64,000 nucleotides of DNA from Rhizaria sp. SCN 62-66 (taxonomy: Eukaryota): the NCBI GenBank assembly GCA_001724265.1, contig MEDY01000181.1:1-64000 (forward strand), given 5' to 3'. Below the pieces are notes generated by a model. That model saw only the letters and a list, made by a program, of their open reading frames with translations. It did not search any database and was not told the origin of the DNA. Position 1 is the first letter of the stretch. Each line of letters begins with the position of its first letter. Positions 1 through 12,451 of this stretch are shown in pieces. The translations under genes and the position numbers were made by a program.

Positions 1-2274
1 CTCGGAGGCCACGACCTTGCGACCGAACGCGGCCCGCACGCCCAGCGTGGCAGTCATCTGCGGCGCTGACGGGGCAGCGGCGGTGGTGTGCGCCGTGAGC
101 AACTGTGCCTGAGCCTGCGGCTGCGACGCGGTCGCGCTGAGTGCGCGCAGCGGGGCCAGCACCGCGGGCTCCAGCGCGCTCTCAACTGCGCGCGCGAGGG
201 CGCGCATGGTCGTGTAGACGGGCGCCTGCGCGGCCTCGGGCAGCGCGTGCAGCGGTAGCCGGAAGCCGTCGAGCGCGCGCAGCAGCAGGGCGATCTGCTG
301 CGTCACTTCCTCTGCGTACGTCTCGGCCGCGGCCGCGCCCGCGAGCTGCGCCGTCGCGTCCTCGTACGCCGCGCGCGCGCGCTGCGCCGCGTGGCTCAAC
401 CCGAAGGCGCGCGCCACCAGCGACTCGGCCGCCATCGTCGCCGCCGCCGCAGACGCGTCCGCATCCGCGCGCTGGGCCGCTGCGGAGGCGCTGGCGGCGG
501 CCGTGACGACCGAGGCCGCGTCTGCGGCGGCAACGGCCTCGCTCGTCGCGGTCGCCGCAGCCGCAGTGGCCGCCGCAGCCACGACGGCGGCTTCGCGCGC
601 CGCCGCGGTCATCGCCGCGGTCGCGGCGGGCGCGCGCGCAAACAGCGCCCGGTACGCGCGCAGAGCCGTCAGCGGCGTCGCAGACAGCGCAACTAAAGCG
701 GATAAACGGGCCGTTGACGGAGCTGCAAACGCTGCCGCTGCCGATAACGCCGCGGCCGATGCCGCTGATCGTGGCGCTTCGTTTGCGCCATTGTTGTCAT
801 TTCCATCAGAGTCAGTCATGCGTTGACAGCCAGAAAAGTCTGCGTTACCGCTGCGGTTGCTGCTGCTGTCGCCACTACTGTTGACTACCATGCTGTGGAA
901 GGCGTCCTCCGCGGCGAGCGCGGCAGCCGCGGCGCCGTGTCCCTGCGGCGGGCGCGCGTGGGCCCAGTCGACGCGCGGCGCGCCCACGCGCCACTGCGCG
1001 GTGACTGTGGCCACGGCGGTCGCGATGCGGTCCACGGCGCGCGCCGCCTCGGCCGGGTCGCGGAGCCCGAGGCGGGCGCGCGCATCCTGGAAGATGTCCC
1101 ACAGCCACTGCACGGCAGGGTCCGTGAAGACCTCCGGGGGCAGCCGCAGCGAGGCGCCGCCGTCCCAGTCCGCGGCGCCGTCCAGCGTGGGCGCCGTCAC
1201 GGCTGCTGCTTCTGTCGCCGCCGCAGTCAGAGAAGCTGGCGCAGTTGGCAAAATCGTTGCGACTGGGGAGACAGCAGCTACGTATACAGCGGAAGCAAGA
1301 GCATCAGCATGAGTCGATGTGTTGGCAGGGGGCGTGGTCGGAGCGGAGGCAAAGGAGTCAGAGGCAGCGGATGTGTCAAAGGCAGCGACAACATGCGCAG
1401 GTACAGCGGCTACGGACGGGGCAGCGGAGGCGGCAGCGCTTTGGTATGGGGGCGCGTCCGCGTCTGCAGCCGCCGGCGAGGCAGGACGGCTGTTCTCAAG
1501 AGGCCCGTAAGGTAGCTCTGTGGGCTGTGGCAGATGTGGCAGCTGTGAGTGCTCGTCTTTGCGCTGGCTTTCGCGCGGAGGCTTTTGGGCAGGCAACTGC
1601 TGCCGGTTCGAGGGCTGGTCCGGGAAGGGGAGCGAGTTCAACGAGAGCAGCAGGGACGCCAAGGCGGACAAAGGTGCATGCGCGGACGTCTCGGGGGCGA
1701 CCATCACTGTGTTACTTGGCGATGGCTACGACAACAACAACGACGACGACGATGATGGCGGCGGCGGCCGCCGCTAGTGCTGCGGGGAGTAAGGCAGAGA
1801 CTGGACCAACGAGGGGTCGCCGGAGGCCACGGGGCTGGCCGCGGGAAACATGCGCGCGGGCGGGCCGTTCAAGGCAGGCGTGGCGCCGACCGGGGAGGGT
1901 TGTTTCGTAGAGCGTAACGCGGCAGTGGACAGCTAAGCTGAAGTGCGCAACACACCTATGCGAGATTAGATGAGGTCTATAATATGTGCGAGAAGAATAT
2001 AGTAGAAATGAGTCAAATCGATTGCGTATGGCAGTACATTTGGTGTCGCAAGTCCTTCTTGTGTGCTGTAGCGCGACAATGAATGCGTGTGCTGACGCGA
2101 CGGCAATCTGGCCTTCAGTGTGAAATCAGCAGGCACTGGGAAACATGATTAACAAAGGTTTAGCAAGGCTTTAAATTGTCATCGTTAATTATATACCATG
2201 TAAGTGCAGATATCTTGCTGATAGCCTTATTGACGATTCATATAACGTATGTGACCTAAAATTCTAAGCGCCAT
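1..2274 (-). CDS. Hypothetical Ala/Ser/Pro-rich protein, 3' end runs off the window; two in-frame TAG codons near the N-terminus
   Basis: The minus frame is open from 1932 to the window start apart from TAG at 1776-1774 (SPQH*RRPP) and 1728-1726 (SLLS*PSPS). Phase-consistent tentative exons are 2274-2256, 2135-2038 and 1932-<1 (intron 2037-1933 is GTACTG...TTAG). The start is uncertain; an ATG near 1704, downstream of both TAGs, is an alternative. Confidence 0.55.
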
Positions 2275-2601
2275 CGGGCGTTAAGCGGACACCTTCGCCG
2301 ACAGAGGCTGAGTAGAGTAGTTAAGTTTTTCGATCATTAGCGCGTGAGAGTATTAGATTCAGGGTAATTCGTATGCGTAATCAGCTTGAGGATATTTGTT
2401 AATTACTTTAGCGTTTCTTCTTCGGTTCATTCTGAATGTTGTTTAGGTCTATTTCTCTATTTTGTGATGCACACGCGTGAAGGAGATTCATCGGAATGAA
2501 CCGTTCTCATATTGGCTCTTTTCTGTTGTTTTCTGTTTGTAATCAGAGTCGGCACACCTTTTGTTATAGAATACGCACACAACGTACTTGTTGACGTTAT
2601 C

Positions 2602-5136
2602 ATGAGTACGGTCAGCGAGCTTCTGTCGGGGGAAATCCGCCAGAAATTGACAACGACGAGTTCGTTCTCCCACCTCTTCGGCGTCTCCGACTTCTCAGAC
2701 GTCATTGTTGTTGCAGGCGAGGGCATTGATGGGTGCACTCCTCTCCGCATGCCGGCGCACATGTCCGTGTTGACCTCCATGTCCGGGCTTTTCCGCCGCG
2801 CGCTCGACGGCGGCTCCACGACCTCGACTGGCGAGGGCACCGAGCTGCTGCCCCCGGCGGCCGAGTCTGTCATCGCGCGGCTCTACGCCACTGTGCAGGC
2901 GCACGCGCAGACGCACCTCCACGACGACGAGCACGGCTACAGTGCTGTCTCCGCTCCCGCCGCCGCCGCCGCCGCTAAGGCTGCTTCTGCTGGCGCCAAG
3001 GCCGTCGCCACAGGCGCCTCGGGCGCCGACGCCGCTGCCGCTGCCGCTGCCGCCGCCGCCGCCGTCGCTGCCGCAACTGCCGCCGCGGCGACTGCGCGCG
3101 CGAACGCAGACATGCTGACCAAGTCCGCGCGGCTGGAGCTGCTGTTCGAGACGGGCGTGCCGGTGGATGCCTCGCAGGCGGGGCTCTGGGACCTGGACCT
3201 GCTGCTCGACGCCGGTCACGCGCGCGCCGCTGCGGAAGCTGCCGCGGCCGCCGAGAGCGCGGCTGCCGAGCTCCTCGACCGCGGCGCCTTTATCTCCGCT
3301 GCCGTTGCCGCCGCCAATGCCAAGGCCGCCGCTGACGCCGCGCAAAGCCAGGGCCAGACCCAGGGCAGTTTGGCGACGCCGTCCATCCACGCGTACGAGA
3401 CGTCACCGGGACTGTCCGAGGCGGACCTGGAGGCCGCGCGTGCCGCCGTCGCCGCCGCAGGCTCGCGCGCGTACAAGCGTGCCGCGGGCGCCGCTGTGCT
3501 GGCCGCCGTCGCGGCGCTCTCGCCCGCGGCCGTGCTCGCGGTCACCGCGGAGCCCCGGCGCGCCCACGGTCACCCCGCCGCGCCGTGGGCCAAGACGCAC
3601 GCGACGATGCGGCTGCCGCAGCTGCCACCGGCCGTGTTGCCGCTGCTGCTGGCGTGCTTTTACTGCAGCCCGCTGTCGACGTACGGGCCCGACGGCGCGG
3701 CGGCCGCCGCCTCGGGCCGCGCGGCTGCCGCGCTCGAGGAGGCCACACTGACAGCCGCGCTGCTGCTGCCGCTGCTGCGCACGCTCGACGCGCCGCTCAT
3801 CACCGTCGCCGCGCGCGGCCCGCTGCTCTCGGCGCTGTCGCTGCAGACGCTGCCGCTGTACCTCGCGGCGGCCCCGTTCCTGCCCGCGCTGACGGCGCCC
3901 GTGCTGGCATTCGCGCGCGCGCACGCCGAGGCGCTGCTGGGCTCGGCCGCCGTGGAGCGTCTCCCGCCGCGCCTGCTGCGCGCGCTGCTCGAGGATGACC
4001 ATCTCGCGGCTCCCGAGCTCGCCTGCCTCAAGGCGCTGCTGCGCTGGGCCGGCGCGCAGCAGGTCCGCGCCACCATCGCGGCTACTGAGCAGTCGCCGCA
4101 GCAGAACAGCGCGGTGGTCTCTGTGGCGGGGCGGCTGCGCGTGGACGTGTCGCCCGCGGGGCTGGCGCCGCACTTGGCCGCGCTGCTGCCGCTGGTGCGC
4201 TTTGCCGCGCTGGCGCCCGCGGACGTGGCGCAGACGCGGCTGGGCGGTGTCCTCAGCCCCGCCGCGCTCGCTCTCCTCTTCCAGCACCTCGCCTGCGGAG
4301 CCAGTCTTACCAGCGCCAACGCCAGCACCGGCAGCAACACCAGTAGCGTCATCAGCAGCAGCAACAGCAGCAGTGGTGCGAACGGCAGCAGCAGCAGCAG
4401 CGCTGGGAACAGAGCCGGGCGGGGCGGCGCACGGTCTGCACCCGAGCCCTCGCTGGCGGACCGCATGACCGCGGCGGACCACCCGGCCGTGGCGCGCGCC
4501 GTGGCGGCCGCGCTGGCCGCGGACCCGCTGTTCGCGCAGCCCGCCGTGGCCCGCGCGGAGCCCGTCTCTGCACTCGCGCGCGCGCGCCACTTCGCCGCCG
4601 CGGACCCGGGGCTCGCGGTCGCCGCGGCCGCGGGGCCCGCGCTGCCGGTGTCCGCCGCCGCTACCACCGTCGAGACCGGGGCTGCGCACGACCACTCGTC
4701 GTCGTTGTTGTCGTCATTGTCATCCTCGTCGCTGTCGCCGCTGTCGTCGCAGCGCCAAATGCAGTCTTCTGCCTCTGTCGTGGCCGCGCAGTGCGTGGTG
4801 ACACCGGTGCCGATGCCGGCGTCGGCGCTGGCGTCGCTCCTCTACGGCCATCCGCGGCTGCCGCGCGCGCCGCCGGCGCTGAGCGCGGCGCCCGCTGCGG
4901 CCGCGCTGCGCGGGCTCGACGGCTGGGTGCTCGAGACGCGCGCGCGCCTCGTCGCCGCGCTGCCGCCCGCCGCCGCTGCCCAGAGCGCGTTTGCGCCCGC
5001 GCGCGACGCGTTTGCAGACGCCTGGACCGCATTCTCCTCGCAGCAGCAGGAGCAACAACAGGAACACGCACAAGCCCAACCACAGCTGCAGCAGCAGTAC
5101 CAGCAGCATTAGCAGCAGCAGCAGCAAGCGCAGCAT

Positions 5137-5173
<37 letters not shown>

Positions 5174-8100
5174 CCAGCAGCGGCTGGCGCTCTGCCGCAG
5201 GCGCGCGCGGGCGGCTGAGCGCGCCGGGTTGGGGCTGGGACCGCGCGCGCACATCGCACAACGTGCGGCTGGGCGCGGGCGGGCGTGAGGCGTTGGTGTG
5301 GCCCGTGATCCGCGAGAACCAGGCGCAGCACCTGCTGCTGCACCACACGCTGCCGCGGCTCGCGCTCGACTGGTACCCCTACCTCGCGCTGTGCGACTCG
5401 CCCGTGGCGGCCGAAGTCCGCGCCGCCGTGGGGCCCGTCGCGCCGCGCGACGCCGCCGAGATCTCGGCCTACGGCATCCAGTCCACGGCGCCCGCGCGGG
5501 CGGCAACCGCGCGCGCGTCGCCGGGCGAGTGGCTGCAGTGGGAGCAGAGCATTGTGCCCTACGAGCAGCGCATGCTGTGCGGGGTCGAGAAGGCGCGCCC
5601 GCCTCTGGCCGTCACGGCGCACCTCTTCGCCATGGCCTCGCTCGCGCATCTCGTCGGCACGCTGCCCACGGGGACTGCGGCCGAGACCGGGCTGCGGTGC
5701 TGGCGCGTGACGCGGCGCGCGCGCGAGGCGCTGCAGCCGCTGTCACAGTGGTGCGCGCACGTGGGCGTGGCCAACGCGTCCTGGGCGCCGCTGCGCCTCG
5801 GCGCGTGGCGCTTCGCGGGCATGATGAAAGCGCACCTGGACGCGCCCCACAGCGTGCGCGCGCGCATCAACGCCGCCGTGCTCAACCTCGCCGTCGAGGA
5901 CATCCCCGCGCTGCGGGCCGCTATTGCGTAGCGCCGCGCCGCCGACGCCGAGGCCGACGCCGCGATGACTGCGGCGGGGCTCCACGCCTTCCAGCGGCCG
6001 CAGCGCCCGCGGCTCGTGTGGGGCGCGATCGCGACGCAGGCGGCCGAGCTGGGCCACGGGTCCACGCACGTTCTCGCCGAGGCCAAGATGGACTACCTCG
6101 TCGAGGCGCTGGAGCGCGCGTGCGACCACTTGGAGCAGAAGGGCGCATACTCGCGGATTTTCACGCTGTCGGCGCGCTCGCTCACGCGCGCGGAGTAGTC
6201 CGAGATGCTGGGCGTGGCCGAGACCGAGGCCGTGCCGCCGATCGAGGCGCGCACGGCCCTCTTCGGGTTCGCCGGTAACCTCCTCGCCAACGCCGGCGAA
6301 GCCGACGCCGCCGCGGGCGTAGAGGCGATCGCCGCCGCCGCGGGCGCCGCGCACGCCGCGCTGGTCGCGCAGGCCGATCAGGACGCGCGCAACAACGACA
6401 ACGGGGGCGACTCGCAGGACGAGGACGCGGGGGCGGACGCCGAGGCCGAGGCCGAGGCCGAGGCGGCGGCGGGCGCGGCGGGCGTGAACCTGGAGCCAGC
6501 GGGCGCGGCCAGCGCGGCGGTGCGCGCCACGGCGCGGCTGCTGCATCTGACGGCGCAGCAGGCCGTGTCCGTGCACGCCGCGCTCAGCCGCGCCGCCATG
6601 GCCGCCGCTAACAGCAATAACAATAACAATAATAACAATAACAACAACAACAATGCTAACGCGAGGAATCCCGGCCGCCCGCCGCTGACGCCAGCGCAGC
6701 GCGAGGAGCGCCGGGCGCGGCGCCGCGCCGCGCGCCAGAGCAGGATGCGCCCGGACCGGCAGAGCAATCGGCAGTCGCGACTCGAACAGCAGAGCCAGGA
6801 GTACAGCACATCCAGCTCCAGCGGCAGCGAAGTTGACGACGACGACGACAGCGAAGACGAAGCGGAGGCCGCCATTTGCGCCACAACGGCGGTGATGGCC
6901 GCGCGCGCGGCGGACGACAGGAGGCCCGTGGCCACCGCGCTGGCCGCCACCACCGAGGGCTCACTGGCCCGCGCGCGCGCGCTGGCCGCGCTGCAGTGCG
7001 TGCTGCTGCAGTGCCTTGAGCTCGACGTGCACGCCGCGCGCTTCAACGCGGCCCTGGTCGACGAGCTGTTCCGCTGCGTGGCCGCGCTGGAGCGCTGCGG
7101 CGTGCCCGCGGCGCCGCTGTTCGCGCCGCCCGAGGCGCTTCGCGCGCCGCCCGCGGCGGCCGTGACGCTGCTGCACGACCCGCGGCGCGGCGAGCTGCAC
7201 GCCGCCGTGGCCGCGCCCGTGCTGCCGCTATTCGCGCTGCCGCTGATGCGCGTGCTGCAGACCGCGTACCCGCGCCTCGCGTCCTACTCGGCCTCGGCGG
7301 GCGCCGCGCTCGCGCTTATGGACTCGCTCTTTGCATTCGAGGCGCTGCCCGCCGACGCGCTGCCGCGCGCGCAGCACGACGAGGCGCGCCGCCGCGGGCT
7401 GCTGCTCCGCGCACGCGCGCTGCGCACCGCGGCGGGTAAGGCCAACCGCGCGGCCTTCGGCACCTCGCTTGCGCCCTACGCAGGCTTGGGGCTCGCGCTC
7501 GACCCCGCGTTCAGCGCGGTCGCGGCCGCCGAGGCCGGGCTGACGCTACCGCTGGCGCCCGAGGTCGCGGCCGCGCTGCCCGCCGCAGTGCTGCAAGCCG
7601 TCGTGGCGCTGCCCTGCACCGGCACCAGCACCGCCGGCACCGGCGACTCCGGCGGCGCGCCCGCGACGCTGGCCGCGCGCGCGGGGCAGATCGCCGACGC
7701 GCTGCGGTTTGTTTGGGTGCGCGTGCGGCGCGGTGCGGCGCTGGCAACGCTGCGGCTGCCCGAGCGCGCGCTGCCGCTCAAGGCGCTGGACCGCGTGCTG
7801 GGCGCGGCCGCGGACCGCGCCAAGGCCGCCGTGTGGTTCCGCGCACTCGAGGACGCGTACGTCGACGCGATCGTGCACGGTTACGCGTGGCGCGCGCACC
7901 GCGTGTGGGCGCTTGTGCCGCCCGGCGTGCGGCGCGCGGTCGAGCTGGTGACGGCGGCCTACGAGCGCCATGGCGCGCCGCGCGACCGCTTCGTTCCGTT
8001 CGTCGCACACACCGTCAACGAGCGCGACGACGATATCGATGTCGAGACCAGCTACAGCATCGCAGACGTGCCTGTCACCGCGTTCGACGGGTGGGACTGC

Positions 8101-8196
8101 CTCGGGCTCGGCGTCGGCTTTGCATCGGCGGACGCGGCGGCCAATGTGGCTAATTACGCGGCAGCTGATGCGTTTGAGAGCAAGTCGCAGCGCTGA
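2602..8196 (+). CDS. BTB/POZ + BACK domain protein, about 1864 aa when three internal TAG codons are read as sense
   Basis: BTB-like motifs (FSDVIVVAG...PAHMSVLTSMSGLFRRAL; LPQLPPAVLPLLLACFYC) and BACK-like motifs (LPPRLLRALLEDDHLAAPELACLKALLRWA...LLPLVRFAAL). ORFs 2512-5112, 5263-5931, 5965-6198 and 6205-8196 share one frame and are separated only by TAG at 5110, 5929 and 6196. Ends in TGA followed by an AT-rich 3' region. Confidence 0.75.
5041..5172 (+). repeat. Coding (CAG)n poly-glutamine tract containing one TAG codon
   Basis: Reads CAG CAG CAT TAG CAG CAG CAG CAG CAA GCG CAG CAT CAC CAG CAG... at 5101-5172. Confidence 0.9.
6616..6654 (+). repeat. Coding (AAC/AAT)n poly-asparagine tract
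   Basis: Run of AAT/AAC codons inside the BTB/BACK gene. Confidence 0.85.
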
Positions 8197-8491
8197 TGGG
8201 GATGTTTTTTTTTGTTTTTGTGACGGAGTAGTACTTAGTTTTTAGTGTTCACGATCAGCGTTATTTTTTATTTTGTGCATACACCAGTGATCATTTTTAA
8301 ACAAAACATTTTTTGCAATTATACCAATATCTAGCGGAGATACCTGTGACTTTCTGAGTTCTAGTCTTATTGTGGTGACAGCTTGTCTTGAGAGACGTCG
8401 GCGGCTTAAATTTGCCCAACGGACCGACCGGTGCTGAGCGAGAGAGCGAGTTGAGCAGAAGTTTGCAACCGTTTGTTGGCCTCTCCCCGAC

Positions 8492-9641
8492 ATGAAGTTC
8501 GTTGCCCTCCTTGTTGCCGTCGTTGCCGCGCTCGTTCTGAGCGTCACTGCGCTTAAGGCTGACCGCACCATGGTCCTTTCCATCCAGCGTGTACGTCCAA
8601 AGTCCCTCGTCCACGCTCTGTTTTCCTCCTTGCCCGCGCGCTCCCGCTGTCTTTGAAATGCACACCGAAACGCGTCGCCTAACATGCAGCCACACTTGTT
8701 TTGCTTTGTTCAACTGCTTTAGTGCGATGCCACCTCGCCCTTTTCCCTCCACGGCCTCTGGCCTCAGTGGGGCATGGTACGTTCCTTTCCTCTCCTCTCC
8801 TCTTCGGCCCTTTTGAGCTCCGACACGGTCGCTCCTCCGCACTTGCCAGCGCCTTCCTGTGAACGACAACTGCTCACGTACCAAGTTACGGATATCACGC
8901 CGACTTTGAGGACAGATGTGATGCGCATGTACGCGCTTCTGTGGCGCGCTTGTGCTCCCAGGCCCAGTCCCGATGGTGTCACCAAAACATCATCGTCGAG
9001 ATGCTGTCGCTGTGGGAGCAAGTCCAACGCTGCTCTGATGAACTTGTCGATACCCTGTCGATCGCTGACTACATTGACCACCTTGCGTACGCTCGCGATT
9101 ACGTTGCTGGACACGTTTCTGCGCCTGTATATGTACCCTCCGCGCGTGCGCGTGTCGCCGGTGGTGTCGTCATTGCTCCCGCGAGCCAGTAAAGTGCTTT
9201 TGTGAACCTGGACGGCGTATTAGACTCGACCAATGATTTAGTTTCTTTTTTCAGTACTCGCACTCATCCTATTATCCTTCCCTTTCTTGTCGTCCCCCCA
9301 TTTGCTTGTCTTTCTGTGCTACGACACAGGACTGCCCCGGCGAGAGGTTCGACATCAAGAAGCTTGCCTCGATCCGCGGCACGCTCGACGTTGATTGGCT
9401 CTCGTGCCCGCAGCACGGCTCCACGAACGAGAAGTTCTGGGAGCACGAGTGGTCCAAGCACGGCACCTGCACTGGCTTGTCGCAGCTCGACTACTTCAAC
9501 GTCACGCTCGGCCTGCTGCATAAGCACAGCCACCTGTGCTCGTCCACCGTCCAGGTCCCGCTCCCGCCCTTCGGCTTCGTCGACGTCCCCAACAAGGAGT
9601 GCCGTCTCTGCATCAACGACAAGTACGAGCTCTGCAACTAA
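8492..9641 (+). CDS. Secreted ribonuclease T2 family protein, 3 exons (8492-8590, 8723-8776, 9330-9641)
   Basis: Signal peptide MKFVALLVAVVAALVLSVTA; active-site motifs FSLHGLWP (CAS I) and FWEHEWSKHGTC (CAS II); two phase-0 GTACGT...AG introns; stop TAA. Confidence 0.9.
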
Positions 9642-10357
9642 GTCGACAAGTCGGACTAATCGACCGCGTGATCACCCTATGTACACAAACGAGACAAACT
9701 GACGACTGCTAGCGTTGGCTGTGCCTGTGACTGGTGATGCGTCACAGCGCATGTGGCTGCGATGTCTTTGCAGCTTACACGTGCACCCGTCCGAGTTTTC
9801 TTTATCTTACAATGCGCAATGCCGGCCGCAGTTGGCCTCGTCCTTTTCCCCCTTGTTTCCCCCGCATCTTTCTCCCGTCCTCACTTCTGTGTCCCGTGCC
9901 ATGCCTCGTACGCGCGGGCATTCACACAACATTGAACTACACTTATCTATTACACAGTAACCACACAGCCAGCCCTTAGGCTGACTCATTTTGTCGTCGG
10001 AGCGACAGCGTGCGCACGTGTGCGCGCGCGTAGCTTCTTCAGAATACACTTGCCTCTTGAGTCTACTTTCATCGTCATGTTTGATACCTGTGTGCATGAC
10101 ACGTAGTCCACGCTGAGATGGTCCTATCAACGAGGAACCACGTCTTTTAATTTCATTTAGCCTTCACCATATGGTTACTACTGCGTATCAATCGAGATGA
10201 TTCGCTGCGTTCATCAGTAGTAACGACACTGGTTCTCGGCACAGAATCCGTCAAGAGAGAAATCAAGTTTGTTCCAGTGAGCTACTGGTGATTTTATTAA
10301 TTAATTTAATTTTTATAGTGCCACGTCGCGTACCTGTGCACCTGCTCTCTGTACAAG

Positions 10358-12451
10358 ATGGAGCTTGTGCTCAACGCCTTCCGCTTTAAGTCGACAGGTC
10401 CGTTCTTCCCCCAAACTCCGCTCTCTGGTATTGCTTTGCCTTGTCAGCACTTTTTCACGTTGTATCATTTATTGCTATACACACCAACTTGCTGAAATTG
10501 CTCGCACGCACAGACTACCAGCGTACAATCGACTTCTATCAGGGTGTCCTGAAGATGCCGATTGTACGCCAGCTCGACTCCTCCGCCAAGGTCCGCCTCA
10601 CCTTCCAGTTTCCCCATGACACCGTCGGGCTGCGCTTCTAGTTTGAACGCACTGCCGCAGCTGCCGCAGCTACGAGCGCAGGCTCGGACGCGGGGTTTGA
10701 GACGCTGCCGTCGCTGCCGACCGCGCCGCGCGACTCAGTGTCGCTTCTGCTCTATGTGGCCGCGATGGACCCCGTCGTGGCCCGCGCGCGCGCGATGGGC
10801 TTCGTCGTCTACGTCCCACCAGCGAAGCTCAACCATCTTGTTACATCGTACGTTTTTGCACGCGCTCACGTTGCCTCGCTCTATATACTTCGATGACTTC
10901 TTGCCACACTGATTGAACCGCTCTACCTTGTCAGTCACACTGTTTTAGCTCCCGTTCATCTTACGCGCGCATTACCCCCTCTCTCTTGAACTTGTTTCCC
11001 GATATCTTTAGCGCTGTGGTGCTCGACCCGAACGGACTGCGCGTGCGCCTCATGCAGGTCGATAACCAGCCCATTCTCCCGCCCATCACAACCGCGAGCG
11101 CGACCGCAGGCGGCGCTGATGCCGACTCCCCCAACCCCGGTCACGGGCACAGCCATAGCCGCAGCAGCGGCAGCGCGGTCGCTGGCGATGGCGGCGACGG
11201 CGATGGCGGCTCGCGCGCGCGGGGCCCCACGGCGCGGCTGGGCTACGTGTCGGTGCCCGTGGCGAGCGCGCGGCGCTTCGGCCAGGTCGCGGCCTTCTAC
11301 GACGCACTCGCCCTGCCCGCGCACGCGCGCCCCTCGGCCTCGGCCGCGGCGGCGGCGGCCGGGGGCGCGGGCGCGGCGCTGCCCTTCTCCGCGCTGCCGC
11401 TCACGACGGCCGGCGGCGCGGGCTCCGCTGCGGGCGCGACCTCCAGCATGAGTGCCGGTTCGAGTGCCGGCAGCAGCAGCAGCAGCGTTGGCCGCGCGTC
11501 GCGGCACCTGCGCGAAGTCGATGCGGAGCACGTTGCGGACGCGCTGACCGCCTTCTTGTGGCTTGGCAACGGGCCCCGCGCGCGCCGCCCCGCGCTCTGC
11601 CTCGTCCACAAGGCCACACGATCGGGCACCGGCGCCGCCACCACAGCGCTCTCGTCCGCGGCGGCGGCGTCGACGCCCGCAGCAGCAGCTTTGGGCGACG
11701 GCGAGTCCGGCGCGGGCGCGGGCGCGGGCGGCGAAGACAGCGAGTCTAGCGCGGTGACGGTGGCCGCCGTGTCGCACCCAGTTTTCCTGGGCGTGTCGTG
11801 CCTCGTGCACTCTATCACGGCCGCCGCCGCGCAGCTGCGTACAGTCGAGGGGCTTGCCGGTGCGCGGCTCGAGCCCGCCGCCGCCGCGCACGGGCTGCCG
11901 CGCTGTGTCTCCTTTATTGACCCCGTACGTGACGCCGCTTGCGCTGCTTGTCTTGCTACACTACGATCATTGCCTGACTTGTTTGTTGGTGTTGATTGTG
12001 ATATGTTATCCCGTTTATTGAATGTGTGTTTTATGTAATGCAACTGGCTGTGATATTATTTGTGTATTTCCTGTGTTGTTTTTAAATATCATGTTTGCCT
12101 TTTTATGTCATACTTGTTTTCTTACCCTTATTGTACTTCCTTTAATTACCCACTAAGGCTTCCGTTGCGGTCGAAGTCACCGATGGCGTGCCGTACACGC
12201 CAGCTGCATCAGCGTCCTCTGCCACCGCGGTTGCAGTCGGCGCCGGCTCTTCCTCCGACACAGCGGCTCTGCTTGCCTCTGTTTACGGCCAGAGCATTCA
12301 CGGTCAGAGTCACGGCCACGGTCACGGGACTCCGCGGGGCAGCGCGCCGTCACAGGCGCAGCCACAGCAGCAGCCACAGCAGGCACAGTCGCTTTCATCG
12401 CTGGTGCGATTCGGTCCGACGCCGGAGCCATGGCAGGGCCGCCACGGGTGA
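10358..12451 (+). CDS. Glyoxalase/bleomycin-resistance (VOC) superfamily protein with two VOC-like domains; exons 10358-10397, 10514-10847, 11012-11924, 12158-12451; one internal TAG
   Basis: Spliced translation gives TDYQRTIDFYQGVLKMP...VGLRF*FER...SLLLYVAAMDPVVARARAMGF...AVVLDPNGLRVRL, then a second unit RLGYVSVPV...VAAFY...SFIDP|ASVAVEV. TAG at 10639-10641; stop TGA. Confidence 0.75.
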
